A stretch of 64,000 bases of DNA from Desulfurivibrionaceae bacterium (GTDB lineage: Bacteria; Desulfobacterota; Desulfobulbia; Desulfobulbales; UBA5123). The stretch's first letter is position 1. Every line of letters begins with the position of its first letter. Under the pieces are notes generated by a model. It searched no databases and had not been told where the DNA came from. It saw only the letters and a program-made list of their open reading frames with translations. Where the stretch lies: NCBI GenBank assembly GCA_030145325.1, contig JAQYVW010000002.1:5619-69618 (forward strand). Reading direction: 5' to 3'. Of this stretch, positions 27,333-36,561 are shown piece after piece. Made by a program: the position numbers and the translations under genes.

Positions 27333-28820
27333 TTACCACGATTCACCGGTGATGTCTGGACCGTGAGCACTTGTGCCGTCGCATTCTCCGGCGGTAGAGT
27401 AGCAATTACCCTTGGAGTAGTCTGTTGCGTCTGTTTTTATGAACTTTCTTACCTTGGGAGCAGTTGCGGCATCGGTGTTGTCCCCTGCTCCATCAGACGT
27501 GTAGCGGTCTGGCATGGTATAAGTGTCGCTGTTGTCGGCGGCAATCAGCCGCGAGACTCTTCCCCCATGGGGGATCCTGATGTGGCAATCCACACAGGCG
27601 GTACCCGAGTGGTTAGTTTGGTCATGGGCATCGTTGATGACTGGGCTGGTGGGGACGTCGTTGGGGTGGCAATTCCTACAAAAGGTGCCTTGACTGGTGT
27701 TAATGTCCAGATCCATATCTCCCAGCGTTCTGTAGGTGCCGGTTTCCTGGCGACCATTTTTGCCCTTGTCACAATAGGGCCAAGCCTTGTTGGTGCCGGC
27801 CAGCATCCATTTTACCGCTGAGCCGTGTGGTCCGGCCAGGCCGGAATCACTTTCGTGACAGTCGGTGCAGTACATGGTTTGGGTGCCGACGTCGACGTTC
27901 CAGGGCGCGATCAGTTGAGCGGGGTTCAGCGCGCTGGAACCGGAAACTCCACCGCTGAGTCCAGAAACGACAGGGTGGAAAGATTTGTTGTAGGGGTTGA
28001 ATTCCATGCCGACGTCGGTCCAGGCCATGGCTGGGTCGGCGGGGTCACCCCAGCTTTCCACACTGATGTTTGCTTTGGTGTGGCACTTGAAGCAGATCTG
28101 GTATTCCTTGGTGGCCGTTTGCATGGCACTGTAAGGATCACCATAGTCGATGTTGTCGTTACCCCAATTGCTATCTATGCCCGTATAGTTGGCTTCGATG
28201 CCGGTGGCCTTGTACAGCGGGCTGGTGGTGGCAATGGCGTTGGTATGGGTGGTGACGGAGGTTATGGGGTCGAGAATTTGGGTTCCGTCGTGGGTATGAT
28301 GTAAGGTTGTTCCTGCGGCATGGGGGTTATGGCAATCGGTACATTCAATATGTTTGTCATCTTTGATATCTGTAATGGTTTCGTGAGCTCGATGGGCTGT
28401 ATCGCTGAGATAGACGTTGTGTCTGCCGCCTGTTTTGTCAATATCGGTCTTGATATCATCCGGGGCGCCTGCTGAGGCAGAGGAGTCATTGCCGCCATTG
28501 CCGTGGCATTCTAGACAGAAATCTTGTTCGGGATCCATGCCCAGATAGTTGTCCGGGCCCCCTGTGGGACTAGGTTCACTGCCCCCGACACTGGCATGCT
28601 GCTCATGACAATGGGCGCAATTGCCGACGTTGTAATCTTGGCCACCGGTGGCAGAGGTGCGAGTGTTTAAGTCGGAACGGCTAACGCCGTCGGTGGCGCT
28701 ACCATGTGCTGATACGGTATAGGTGCCAGCCGTGCAGTTTGCCGGTTGCCAAAGGGTAAAGGCTGCAACCAGGCCAAAGGTAACAGTGAGCAGGGTGGAT
28801 GTGAAGCGGGCTGTGTTCAT
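27333..28820 (-). CDS. Secreted multiheme c-type cytochrome (7 CXXCH motifs)
   Basis: The start is set at the ATG at 28820 (MNTARFTSTLLTVTFGLVAAFTLW, a signal peptide). Heme motifs are CAHCH, CLECH, CTDCH, CFKCH, CTDCH, CRNCH and CVDCH. Confidence 0.85.
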   Translation of the reverse strand: MNTARFTSTLLTVTFGLVAAFTLWQPANCTAGTYTVSAHGSATDGVSRSDLNTRTSATGGQDYNVGNCAHCHEQHASVGGSEPSPTGGPDNYLGMDPEQDFCLECHGNGGNDSSASAGAPDDIKTDIDKTGGRHNVYLSDTAHRAHETITDIKDDKHIECTDCHNPHAAGTTLHHTHDGTQILDPITSVTTHTNAIATTSPLYKATGIEANYTGIDSNWGNDNIDYGDPYSAMQTATKEYQICFKCHTKANISVESWGDPADPAMAWTDVGMEFNPYNKSFHPVVSGLSGGVSGSSALNPAQLIAPWNVDVGTQTMYCTDCHESDSGLAGPHGSAVKWMLAGTNKAWPYCDKGKNGRQETGTYRTLGDMDLDINTSQGTFCRNCHPNDVPTSPVINDAHDQTNHSGTACVDCHIRIPHGGRVSRLIAADNSDTYTMPDRYTSDGAGDNTDAATAPKVRKFIKTDATDYSKGNCYSTAGECDGTSAHGPDITGESW

Positions 28821-28982
28821 CTGGTCATCCTGTACGGCTGATGGTGGCGGCAATAGAAAACCGTCAATACTGACAATGATAACATATATTTTGTTATTCG
28901 TGCAAAAGCAACCTGCATTGTTTTGGCACCAATGGTCTGGCGGTCAGTGGCTATAAGGGGGGGAGGGGAATTGCGTTCAGCG

Positions 28983-29279
28983 TTAGTCTAAGCTAACAAA
29001 TTGATCAGCGCTGGTTCGTCGGTAGAGGCCGATGATGTCGATATCAGCTTTGTGTAGTAATGCCTGGATCGACTCTGTTTCGGCACAGGGGAATTCCAGA
29101 GCCATACCGCAGGAAGAGCCGATTGCACGGGGGATGGGGGATAGTTCGTAGGATATTTTTTGTTCTTTGAGCAGCTTTTCTGCCTTGAGAACAAAGTGAA
29201 TGGAGAAGAGCACTGCATAGCAGCGTTCTCCCGAGTCTTTGGGGGGCATTTTCATTGGCATCTGCATGGGCCGGCCCAA
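28983..29279 (-). CDS. DUF3343-like small protein (usual partner of YedF)
   Basis: YAVLFSIHFVLKAEKLLKEQKISYELSPIPRAIGSSCGMALEF fits the DUF3343 pattern. The true start is probably one of the internal Met codons at 29249-29267. Confidence 0.55.
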   Translation of the reverse strand: MGRPMQMPMKMPPKDSGERCYAVLFSIHFVLKAEKLLKEQKISYELSPIPRAIGSSCGMALEFPCAETESIQALLHKADIDIIGLYRRTSADQFVSLD

Positions 29280-29309
29280 ACAAGGTTTATTTGGGCAATG
29301 AGCAGTTGG

Positions 29310-29924
29310 TTAGCAAGGGTTGACCGTTCTGGTTGCCTGCGCCATGGCTTCGACAATATTGTACATGTTGGTCATGTCTCCAACCCGCAGTTCTTTTTTT
29401 TGATTGTAAAAGTCGAGGCAGGTGCCGCAAGAGAGTATTTCCACCCCCTTGTTGGCCAGTTCTTGGAGCGGTTCGATGAGGTTGGAGTCTCCGGTGGCGA
29501 GGCGCACGCCGCTGTTGTAAAGCAAGATTTTTTGCGGGAGGGGGGAAACTTCGCCAATGGTTTTGATAAAGGCCTGCATCAAAATGCGGCCCAGGGCCTC
29601 GTCGCCGTGGCCAAGGGTGTCGGACGGAATGACATAGACAAGTTCAAGGGTCGGCAACTCGCAGGCGTAGTCCTCGGGGGTAAAGGGGGCGGCAACTTTC
29701 TCTTCATCGCCCTTGGTGATCTGCAAACGGAAGGTGTCGCCCACGGATTGGATCTTCACCGTACAGTCGCGGTTTTTGGCAAATCGTTCCACGTTGTGTT
29801 TGCATTCGCCGTTGTCAACGATTACCAACACCGTATCGCCGGTGGCCAATGTTTCCAAAGCGTTCTTGGTATGAACCACCGGTTCCGGGCACAGCATGCC
29901 CGTGCAGTCGAGAATCTGTTTCAT
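29310..29924 (-). CDS. yedF: YedF-type sulfurtransferase-like selenium metabolism protein (TusA/SirA-like N-domain plus DsrE-like C-domain)
   Basis: The N-terminal LDCTGMLCPEPVVHTKNAL carries the CPxP motif of the TusA fold. The C-terminal half has a DsrE-like layout (ILLYNSGVRLA...LSCGTCLDFY). Confidence 0.7.
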   Translation of the reverse strand: MKQILDCTGMLCPEPVVHTKNALETLATGDTVLVIVDNGECKHNVERFAKNRDCTVKIQSVGDTFRLQITKGDEEKVAAPFTPEDYACELPTLELVYVIPSDTLGHGDEALGRILMQAFIKTIGEVSPLPQKILLYNSGVRLATGDSNLIEPLQELANKGVEILSCGTCLDFYNQKKELRVGDMTNMYNIVEAMAQATRTVNPC

Positions 29925-29932
29925 AATTGTCT

Positions 29933-30292
29933 TTACTCGATGTCGCTGTCGCTGAAGCCCAAGGCTTGGATGAGTTTAACGATGATATCGATGGTCTCCC
30001 GATCAAGGTCTTCTGCCTGAAAGCCGGTGTCGTAAAAGTCAGGGTTAACGGCGTTGGTACTCCAGCGGCTGGTGGCTTTGAAGCGCAGGGTCTTCTCTTC
30101 GAAGTAGTCTTCCGGCAGCGTCATGCGCATATTATAGGTCTGGCCGTCGGGAAATGCCTCCTTGCTGACCAGCTTGAGTCCTTTGGTGGTGAGATCAACA
30201 AGATGACCAAGTTGTTGGCCGGTGGTGTCGTCAAAAACCTCAAGGTAAAAGATCAGGTGGCGGCGCTGCAGGTTTCTGGGTTGTTCGTCCAT
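29933..30292 (-). CDS. PilZ-domain (c-di-GMP receptor-like) protein
   Basis: RRHLIFYLEVF...LGHLVDLTTKGLKL fits the RxxxR ... D/NxSxxG PilZ pattern. It is 119 aa. Confidence 0.55.
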   Translation of the reverse strand: MDEQPRNLQRRHLIFYLEVFDDTTGQQLGHLVDLTTKGLKLVSKEAFPDGQTYNMRMTLPEDYFEEKTLRFKATSRWSTNAVNPDFYDTGFQAEDLDRETIDIIVKLIQALGFSDSDIE

Positions 30293-30307
30293 AACGTCCT
30301 CCTTGGC

Positions 30308-30973
30308 TTAGCAAGCGTTTATTCTATCCAGCATGAAGCGAACCACTGCCTCGGCATCCATTGTTGATGAATCGATGATGATTGCGTCATCGGCGGCTTT
30401 CAGCGGCGCCAGATCCCGGGAGCTGTCGTCGTGATCCCGCTTGATGATCTGTTGTAAAAGATTTTGGTAGTCAGATGCTTCCCCTTTCTCTTGTAGTTGC
30501 AAGTGGCGACGGCGAGCTCGCTCTTCCGCGGTGGCGTCCAGGTAAAATTTGTGGGGGGCGTTGGGAAAGACCACCGTTCCCATGTCGCGGCCCTCAGCGA
30601 CTATCTTCCCCTGTTGACCCATCTCTTGCTGGAGGGTGGTCAGGGTGCGGCGTACAGCCGGAATCGCCGAAACCCTTGAGGCGACCATCCCCATCTCGGC
30701 GGTACGGATCGCTTGGGAAACATCATCGTTGTCGATAAAAACCTTGGTGCCGCTGTCATCGGTGCTCAGGCGCAGATCGATGTCTGTCAGTAACTGGTTC
30801 AGGGCTTCTTGGTCATTTTCGTCGATCTTGCTGCGGATAATCTTGATCCCCACTGCCCGGTACATGGCCCCGGTGTCAAGATAGGTGTAGTGAAGGTGGG
30901 TGGCAAGCATCTGGCTCACGGTGCTTTTGCCACCCCCGGAAGGGCCGTCGATGGTGATTATATTGCTATTCAT
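30308..30973 (-). CDS. cmk: Cytidylate kinase
   Basis: ITIDGPSGGGKSTVSQMLA P-loop, YLDTGAMYRA, and GRDMGTVVFPNA. Confidence 0.9.
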   Translation of the reverse strand: MNSNIITIDGPSGGGKSTVSQMLATHLHYTYLDTGAMYRAVGIKIIRSKIDENDQEALNQLLTDIDLRLSTDDSGTKVFIDNDDVSQAIRTAEMGMVASRVSAIPAVRRTLTTLQQEMGQQGKIVAEGRDMGTVVFPNAPHKFYLDATAEERARRRHLQLQEKGEASDYQNLLQQIIKRDHDDSSRDLAPLKAADDAIIIDSSTMDAEAVVRFMLDRINAC

Positions 30974-30985
30974 CTTTTATTCCCG

Positions 30986-32086
30986 TTAGCCGCCAATCTC
31001 TTGTAGGGACTCGGCCAGCGCCGAGACCAGACGTTGGTTCTCCGCCGCGAGACCGATGGTGATGCGGATATGGTTTGGAAAGCCATAGGCGGCCATGGGG
31101 CGGATAATCACCCCCCTAGAGAGCATTTTCTCATAGAGTAACTTGCCGCTGACCCCCACGTCCACCAGAAAGAAGTTGGCGTTTGAGGAAAGGGGGCGAC
31201 AGCCGAGTTTTTGTATCTCTGCCTGTAGCCAGGCCATCCCCTCTTTGGTGAGGTTCATGGTTTGTTGGTAATGTTCGTCATCGTCGAGACAGGCCAGCGC
31301 TCCCACCTGGGCCAGGGTGTTGACGTTAAACGGTTGCCGCAACCGGTGCAGATAGTCGGCGATTTCGGGTCGCATTAACCCGTAGCCCACCCGTAAACCT
31401 GCCAGACCGTATGCTTTGGAGAAGGTGCGCAGGGCCACCACCGGGGTGGGTAGGTGCAGGTATTCACGGGCGTCAAGGCGGTTTGGAGCCGCAACAAAAT
31501 CAACATACGCTTCGTCAAGAACCACGATCACCGATTCCGGGATTTTGTTCAGAAATGCTTTGAATTCCTGGTGGGTGAAGATGGTGCCGGTGGGGTTGTT
31601 GGGGTTGTCGAGAAAGATCAACCTGGTTTTGTCAGTAACCGCCGCTGCGATACGGTCAAGGTCGTGGTGGAGGTTGTTCAGTTCCACCACCCGGTTGACG
31701 CCGCCTTGGGCTTGCACCATCTTTTGATAAACAAGAAAGGTGGGATGGCTGGTGATTACCTCTTCGCCCGGCAACAGAAAGGTTGAGACCAGTAGTCCAA
31801 TGATCTCGTTGGAGCCGTTGCCAAAGACCAATTCCTCCGGCTTGACGCCGATTTTTTCCGCCAGTCGGTTGGCAAGGTAGTAGCAACTGCCGTCGGGGTA
31901 GCGGTGCAGGTTGGTCAGTGCTTTGGCGATGGCGGCGGTTGCCTTGGGCGAGGGACCCCAAGCGTTTTCGTTGGAAGCAAGTTTAATTGAGCCGCTGATC
32001 CCGTATTCCCGCTCCAATTCCTCAAGGGGCTTGCCCGGAGGGTAAGGAACCAGGGTTTCGATATTTTTAGGTACGGAGAGTTTCAT
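30986..32086 (-). CDS. hisC: Histidinol-phosphate aminotransferase
   Basis: IKLASNENAWGPSP, YPDGSCYYL, DEAYVDF and RTFSKAYGLAGLRVGY (PLP-lysine motif). Confidence 0.9.
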   Translation of the reverse strand: MKLSVPKNIETLVPYPPGKPLEELEREYGISGSIKLASNENAWGPSPKATAAIAKALTNLHRYPDGSCYYLANRLAEKIGVKPEELVFGNGSNEIIGLLVSTFLLPGEEVITSHPTFLVYQKMVQAQGGVNRVVELNNLHHDLDRIAAAVTDKTRLIFLDNPNNPTGTIFTHQEFKAFLNKIPESVIVVLDEAYVDFVAAPNRLDAREYLHLPTPVVALRTFSKAYGLAGLRVGYGLMRPEIADYLHRLRQPFNVNTLAQVGALACLDDDEHYQQTMNLTKEGMAWLQAEIQKLGCRPLSSNANFFLVDVGVSGKLLYEKMLSRGVIIRPMAAYGFPNHIRITIGLAAENQRLVSALAESLQEIGG

Positions 32087-32115
32087 ATTGTTACCAGTCC
32101 ATCCGGTGGTTGTTT

Positions 32116-33576
32116 TCAGGTAAGGTTGGGTTTTCGCTCGCTTAATCCCAGGCGCTGCTCAAGATTGAAGGCGGCGCGGAGAAGTTTTTCCTCGGCCAAA
32201 TGTGGCCCTTGCAGTTGCAGGCCAATGGGCAGACCGGCTGCGCTGAAGCCGCAGGGCACGGACATCCCAGGCAGCCCGGCCAGGTTGTTGGGGATGGTCA
32301 GGGCGTCGGAAAGATATGCGGACAGTGGGTCATCGCTCTTGGCGCCTAAGGCCCAGGCCGGGGTAGGGGTAACCGGTGAGGCCAGCAGGTCGCATTGGCC
32401 AAAGGCATTCTTGTAGTCTTCGATGATCAGGGTACGAACCTGGGAAGCTTTTTTGTAATAGGCATCGTAGTAGCCGGATGAAAGGGCGTAGGTGCCGATG
32501 ATGATCCGTCGTTTGACCTCGTCGCCGAATCCTTGCGAGCGGCTCTTGCAATACATCTCTTGCAGGGTATCTGCCGAAGTGTCGCGCAATCCGTAGCGGA
32601 CGCCGTCAAAACGGGCCAGATTTGAGCTGGCCTCGGCTGGGGCGATGAGGTAATAGGCGGCAACCCCGTATTTGGTGTGGGGCAGCGAAACCGAGATGGT
32701 TTTGGCCCCGGCCTCTTCCAAGGTGGTGATGCCGTTGCGAACCGCTTTTTCCACCTCCGGGTCAAGTCCTTCCGCGAAGTATTCCTCGGGGATGCCAATG
32801 GTCATGCCCTTAAGGTCGTTTTTAAGGGCGGTGGTGAAATCAGGTACTTCTTGCTTCAGCGAGGTTGAGTCTCTGGGGTCATGACCACAGATCGCGTTCA
32901 TCATGATGGCGCAGTCGCTGACGTTTTTGGTCAACGGCCCCACTTGGTCAAGGGAGGAGGCAAAGGCCACCAAGCCGAACCGTGACACCCTGCCGTAGGT
33001 GGGTTTGAGGCCGACCACGCCGCAATGGGAGGCGGGTTGGCGGATGGAGCCGCCGGTATCTGAACCTAGGGAGGCGATGCATTCGTCCGCTGCCACCGCC
33101 GCTGCTGAACCGCCACTGGAGCCGCCGCAGATATGGTTGGTGGCCCAAGGGTTCTTCGGAGTGCCGTAGGCGCAGTTTTCGTTGGCTGAGCCCATGGCGA
33201 ATTCATCCATGCTCGCTTTGCCGATGATCACCGCCCCGGCGGTTTTTAGTTTTTCAACCACGGTGGCATCGTAGGGAGGGATGAAAGAGTTGAGAATCTT
33301 AGAGCCGCAGGTGGTGCGCATCCCCTCGGTGCAAAGGACGTCTTTGACGGCAATGGGGATGCCGCAGAGCGCGCCGCCGCTGTGGTCGGCAAGTTGTCGA
33401 TCCGCAGCCTCGGCCTGGGTCAGAGTCTGGTCTCGATCCAGGGTGATATAGGCGTTGATCGTCTCTTCAACCTGGGCAATGCGATCGAGAACGGAGGTTG
33501 CGGCTTCCACCGCTGATACCTCACGGCTGTGCAGTCTTTTTTGGAGGTCGGTAATGGATGATGCGTACAGTTCCAT
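32116..33576 (-). CDS. gatA: Glutamyl-tRNA(Gln)/aspartyl-tRNA(Asn) amidotransferase subunit A
   Basis: Amidase signature GGSSGGSAAAVAA...GSDTGGSIRQPA. It is 486 aa and lies downstream of gatC. Confidence 0.95.
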   Translation of the reverse strand: MELYASSITDLQKRLHSREVSAVEAATSVLDRIAQVEETINAYITLDRDQTLTQAEAADRQLADHSGGALCGIPIAVKDVLCTEGMRTTCGSKILNSFIPPYDATVVEKLKTAGAVIIGKASMDEFAMGSANENCAYGTPKNPWATNHICGGSSGGSAAAVAADECIASLGSDTGGSIRQPASHCGVVGLKPTYGRVSRFGLVAFASSLDQVGPLTKNVSDCAIMMNAICGHDPRDSTSLKQEVPDFTTALKNDLKGMTIGIPEEYFAEGLDPEVEKAVRNGITTLEEAGAKTISVSLPHTKYGVAAYYLIAPAEASSNLARFDGVRYGLRDTSADTLQEMYCKSRSQGFGDEVKRRIIIGTYALSSGYYDAYYKKASQVRTLIIEDYKNAFGQCDLLASPVTPTPAWALGAKSDDPLSAYLSDALTIPNNLAGLPGMSVPCGFSAAGLPIGLQLQGPHLAEEKLLRAAFNLEQRLGLSERKPNLT

Positions 33577-33623
33577 GGAAATTTCCTGTTTCTGGGGCGG
33601 TTAATGCTGGTGGGAACCGCCAT

Positions 33624-33652
33624 ATAAAAACGGACCCCGCAAGAGAGGTCCG
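33624..33652 (-). terminator. Weak hairpin plus U-tract between gatC and gatA (possible attenuator or partial terminator)
   Basis: The minus strand reads CGGACC-TCTCTTGCGG-GGTCCG followed by TTTTTAT. A second 7-bp hairpin (GGCGGTT...AACCGCC) follows. The stems are short. Confidence 0.25.
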
Positions 33653-33737
33653 CAGTCTTTCGGTTACCATTGATAATTAAATTTCCAAGGTAGCCTGTAA
33701 TCGTCAACAAGGTCGGTGAGGTTTGTCTGGCCTCAAG

Positions 33738-34022
33738 TTAGATGACTCTTGGCACCACAAAGGCCTCGCCGTTTTGCAAGGGGCCGTTGGCCAGAGATTT
33801 TTCCTGGCCCAATGATGGCTTCACCTGGTCATCACGAAAGGCATTGGTGATGGCCAGGGCATGGGTGGTTGGCTCTACGCCCTCGGTGTCCAGTTCGCTC
33901 AAGGTATCTACATAACTTAAGATCCTATCCAACTGTCCGGTCATTGCCGCCAGTTCTTCAGGGGCTAGGTCAAGGCGGGCCAACTTGGTGACATATTGTA
34001 CTTGTTCTTCGCTAATCTTCAT
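33738..34022 (-). CDS. gatC: Glutamyl-tRNA(Gln)/aspartyl-tRNA(Asn) amidotransferase subunit C
   Basis: MKISEEQVQYVTKLARLDLAPEELAAMTGQLDRILSYVDTLSELDTEGVEPT is a canonical GatC. It is 94 aa. Confidence 0.9.
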   Translation of the reverse strand: MKISEEQVQYVTKLARLDLAPEELAAMTGQLDRILSYVDTLSELDTEGVEPTTHALAITNAFRDDQVKPSLGQEKSLANGPLQNGEAFVVPRVI

Positions 34023-34106
34023 CGGGATTTTTTACCGTAAAAGGGATACCACGTCAAGCCCGGACAGTAACGGCAGCCGAAGCCGGGAGAAGTGGAGGGG
34101 ATTGTT

Positions 34107-35222
34107 TTAGGTGGTGAAAAGTTCGGAAAAGCCGTTTTCCTGTAGCTCTTGCATGGAGTTTTGGGACAGGGTGGAATCTTCTTCAAGGACACTGGCAAAA
34201 TGCTCCACCACTTCTCCGTCAAACTGGCTGTCAATACAGCTGCGCAGTTCTGTAACGGCATCTTCACGGTTCAAATTGATCCGGTAACTGCGCTGTGAGG
34301 TCATGGCGTCGTAGCTGTCAGCAACGGTGACGATTTTGGTCAGGAGATCAAGTTCATCGCCGCCGAGGCCATCGGGGTAGCCCTTACCGTCCAGGCGCTC
34401 ATGGTGATGGCGGACGATGGCCCCTTCTCGCTCCAGAAAGGAAAGTGGTTTGATGATGTTTTCACCGATTACCGGATGTTTGCGCACCAGTTGCCACTCT
34501 TCATCGGTCAAGGGGCCAGGTTTCTGGATACAGCTGACATCAATGACCAATTTGCCCACATCGTGCAGCTGGCAGGCCCGGTCAAGGATGGCCAGCTCTT
34601 CTTGCGCCAACCCCATGGAGCGGCCGATAAGCATGGCATAGTGGGTGACCCGGTTGGTGTGACCGGCGGTGTATTGATCTTTCTCCTCAAGGGCGGTTTG
34701 CAGGGTAATGATGGTGTTGACTGACGCTACCTCAAGGTGATGACTATACTGTTGCAGAAGTTTGTTTTTTTCTGCCAGTTCCTTGGTCTTGGCTGCCACC
34801 TCAGCTTCAAGGTCTTCCGTGTAGGTCTTTTCTTTGATGACGAACATCCGTTTTTCGATGGCTCGGTTGATCTTGACATTAAAGAGGTCAATGTCTTCGA
34901 TGGGTTTTTGGATGAAGTCGTAGGCGCCCAAATTGATGGCCTTGATGGCGTATTCCATGCTGCCCGCGCCGGTGAGAAAGAGAACCGGGATATCGTAACC
35001 GCGCTTGTTTATTTCTTTAATGGTGTCAAAGCCGTCCATGCCCGGCATGTTGATGTCGAGAATGATCAGGTCGAAGTCCTCGGTGAGAACCTCCAGAGCC
35101 TCCTCGCCGCTACCGGTGGGGGAAACCTGGTGGCCGAACATTTCGAGGATCTTGGCCACCGCATCGCGAACCAGGCTGTCGTCGTCGGTGATCAGAATTT
35201 TTGCAGGTTCTTGTCTATTCAT
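34107..35222 (-). CDS. Response regulator (REC) fused to an HD-GYP c-di-GMP phosphodiesterase domain
   Basis: REC: ILITDDDSLVRDAVAKIL...LIILDINMPGMDGF. HD-GYP: HTNRVTHYAMLIG...LHDVGKLVID...HHERLDGKGYPDGL. The start is taken at the ATG at 35222 (MNRQEPAK); the track ORF extends to 35294. Confidence 0.85.
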   Translation of the reverse strand: MNRQEPAKILITDDDSLVRDAVAKILEMFGHQVSPTGSGEEALEVLTEDFDLIILDINMPGMDGFDTIKEINKRGYDIPVLFLTGAGSMEYAIKAINLGAYDFIQKPIEDIDLFNVKINRAIEKRMFVIKEKTYTEDLEAEVAAKTKELAEKNKLLQQYSHHLEVASVNTIITLQTALEEKDQYTAGHTNRVTHYAMLIGRSMGLAQEELAILDRACQLHDVGKLVIDVSCIQKPGPLTDEEWQLVRKHPVIGENIIKPLSFLEREGAIVRHHHERLDGKGYPDGLGGDELDLLTKIVTVADSYDAMTSQRSYRINLNREDAVTELRSCIDSQFDGEVVEHFASVLEEDSTLSQNSMQELQENGFSELFTT

Positions 35223-35494
35223 AGGTTGTTGTGCCGTGAGATTGTTTTTCACCAGCAAAGGGTGGGTCATTTTTGATAATAATAAGGTCCGCAAAGGTGA
35301 GTAACAAGTAATCTGTTAATCTGTTTGCGGGCTGCTTAATTTTCAAAGTGTTTTATATCCTACTATACAATTATGAATTCTTCGCAAGAATTTTTTTGAT
35401 CTTGTTGGGCTGAATCTGTTTCTTTTTCTCCCTTGCATGGTTCAGCAAACTTGCCATCGTAAAGAGATGTAAGGATCGGGTTTAGTTTGGTTTT

Positions 35495-36541
35495 TCATTG
35501 GGGCCAATGTTTTTTTGCCTCAGCCATGGCTTGATCGAGGAAAATAAGCGGTGGCGCAGCGGCGGCAAGGGTTTTGCGGTTTTGTTCGGAAAGGCCTTTG
35601 CCGTCGCGCAGTTCACGAAGTACTGCGGCCACCCCGGAGCGTAATCCTGCCAGATCATAGCCGCCTTCAAGGGCCAAAACCAGCCGACCAGAGCAAAGTT
35701 CGTCGGCCAAAGATTGGACAACCCCGGTCAGGTAGGCAAAACCGTCATTGCTAACCGACATCAACCCCAGCGGGTCGCCCAGGCTGATATCAAATCCGGC
35801 GGAAACCAGGATCAATTCCGGCTGGTAGGATCGAGCTACCGGGGCCAGGAGTTCGTTAAAGATCCGGGCATAGGCCTGATCATCTTGACCGCCGGGTAGC
35901 GGCACGTTGATGGTGTAGCCTTTGCCTGCCCCGCTACCCGTTTCGGTTACTGCCCCGCTACCGGGGAAGTATGGGTACTGGTGGGTGGAAAAATAGAGCA
36001 CCTGATTCGTATCATAAAATGAATGCTGGCTGCCGTTGCCGTGGTGCAGATCCCAATCCACAATTAGTATCCGTTCCAGCCCGAGGTTTTCGAGAGCATA
36101 ATGGGCGGCGATGGCGATGTTGTTGAAGAGGCAGAAACCACTGGTGTGATCAGCCTCGGCGTGGTGACCAGGTGGTCGCACCAGGGCGAAGCCATTGTCG
36201 GCCTCGCCGCTGACCACCATCTTTACCGCCTCCACCACTGCCCCGGCTGCCAAGCGAGCTGCCGCATGGGATTTTGCCGAGGTGGTGGTGTCGGGGTCAA
36301 GGGAGGCGAAGGTTTTGCCGTCGGTGGCCGCCACCCTGGCGAGATGGGGCTTGGTGTGGTTCAAGGCGAGGATCTCGTCGGTGGCTGGGGCAAAGCTTGG
36401 CAACAGATAGCGGTCCTGTTGTTCCGGCTGGTCGAGCATCTCGTAGATCACCTGCAGCCGATCTAGGGACTCGGGATGGCCGAAGCCGGGATCATGTTCC
36501 ATGAACAGCGGGTCTTTGAAGATGGCGGTCTGGCGCGGCAT
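35495..36541 (-). CDS. Histone deacetylase-family (class II HDAC/AcuC-like) Zn-dependent deacylase
   Basis: RPPGHHAEADHTSGFCLFNNIAIAA, IVDWDLHHGNGSQ and SAGFD motifs. Confidence 0.85.
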   Translation of the reverse strand: MPRQTAIFKDPLFMEHDPGFGHPESLDRLQVIYEMLDQPEQQDRYLLPSFAPATDEILALNHTKPHLARVAATDGKTFASLDPDTTTSAKSHAAARLAAGAVVEAVKMVVSGEADNGFALVRPPGHHAEADHTSGFCLFNNIAIAAHYALENLGLERILIVDWDLHHGNGSQHSFYDTNQVLYFSTHQYPYFPGSGAVTETGSGAGKGYTINVPLPGGQDDQAYARIFNELLAPVARSYQPELILVSAGFDISLGDPLGLMSVSNDGFAYLTGVVQSLADELCSGRLVLALEGGYDLAGLRSGVAAVLRELRDGKGLSEQNRKTLAAAAPPLIFLDQAMAEAKKHWPQ

Positions 36542-36561
36542 ATTTTCCTCCGGGTGGGGAA

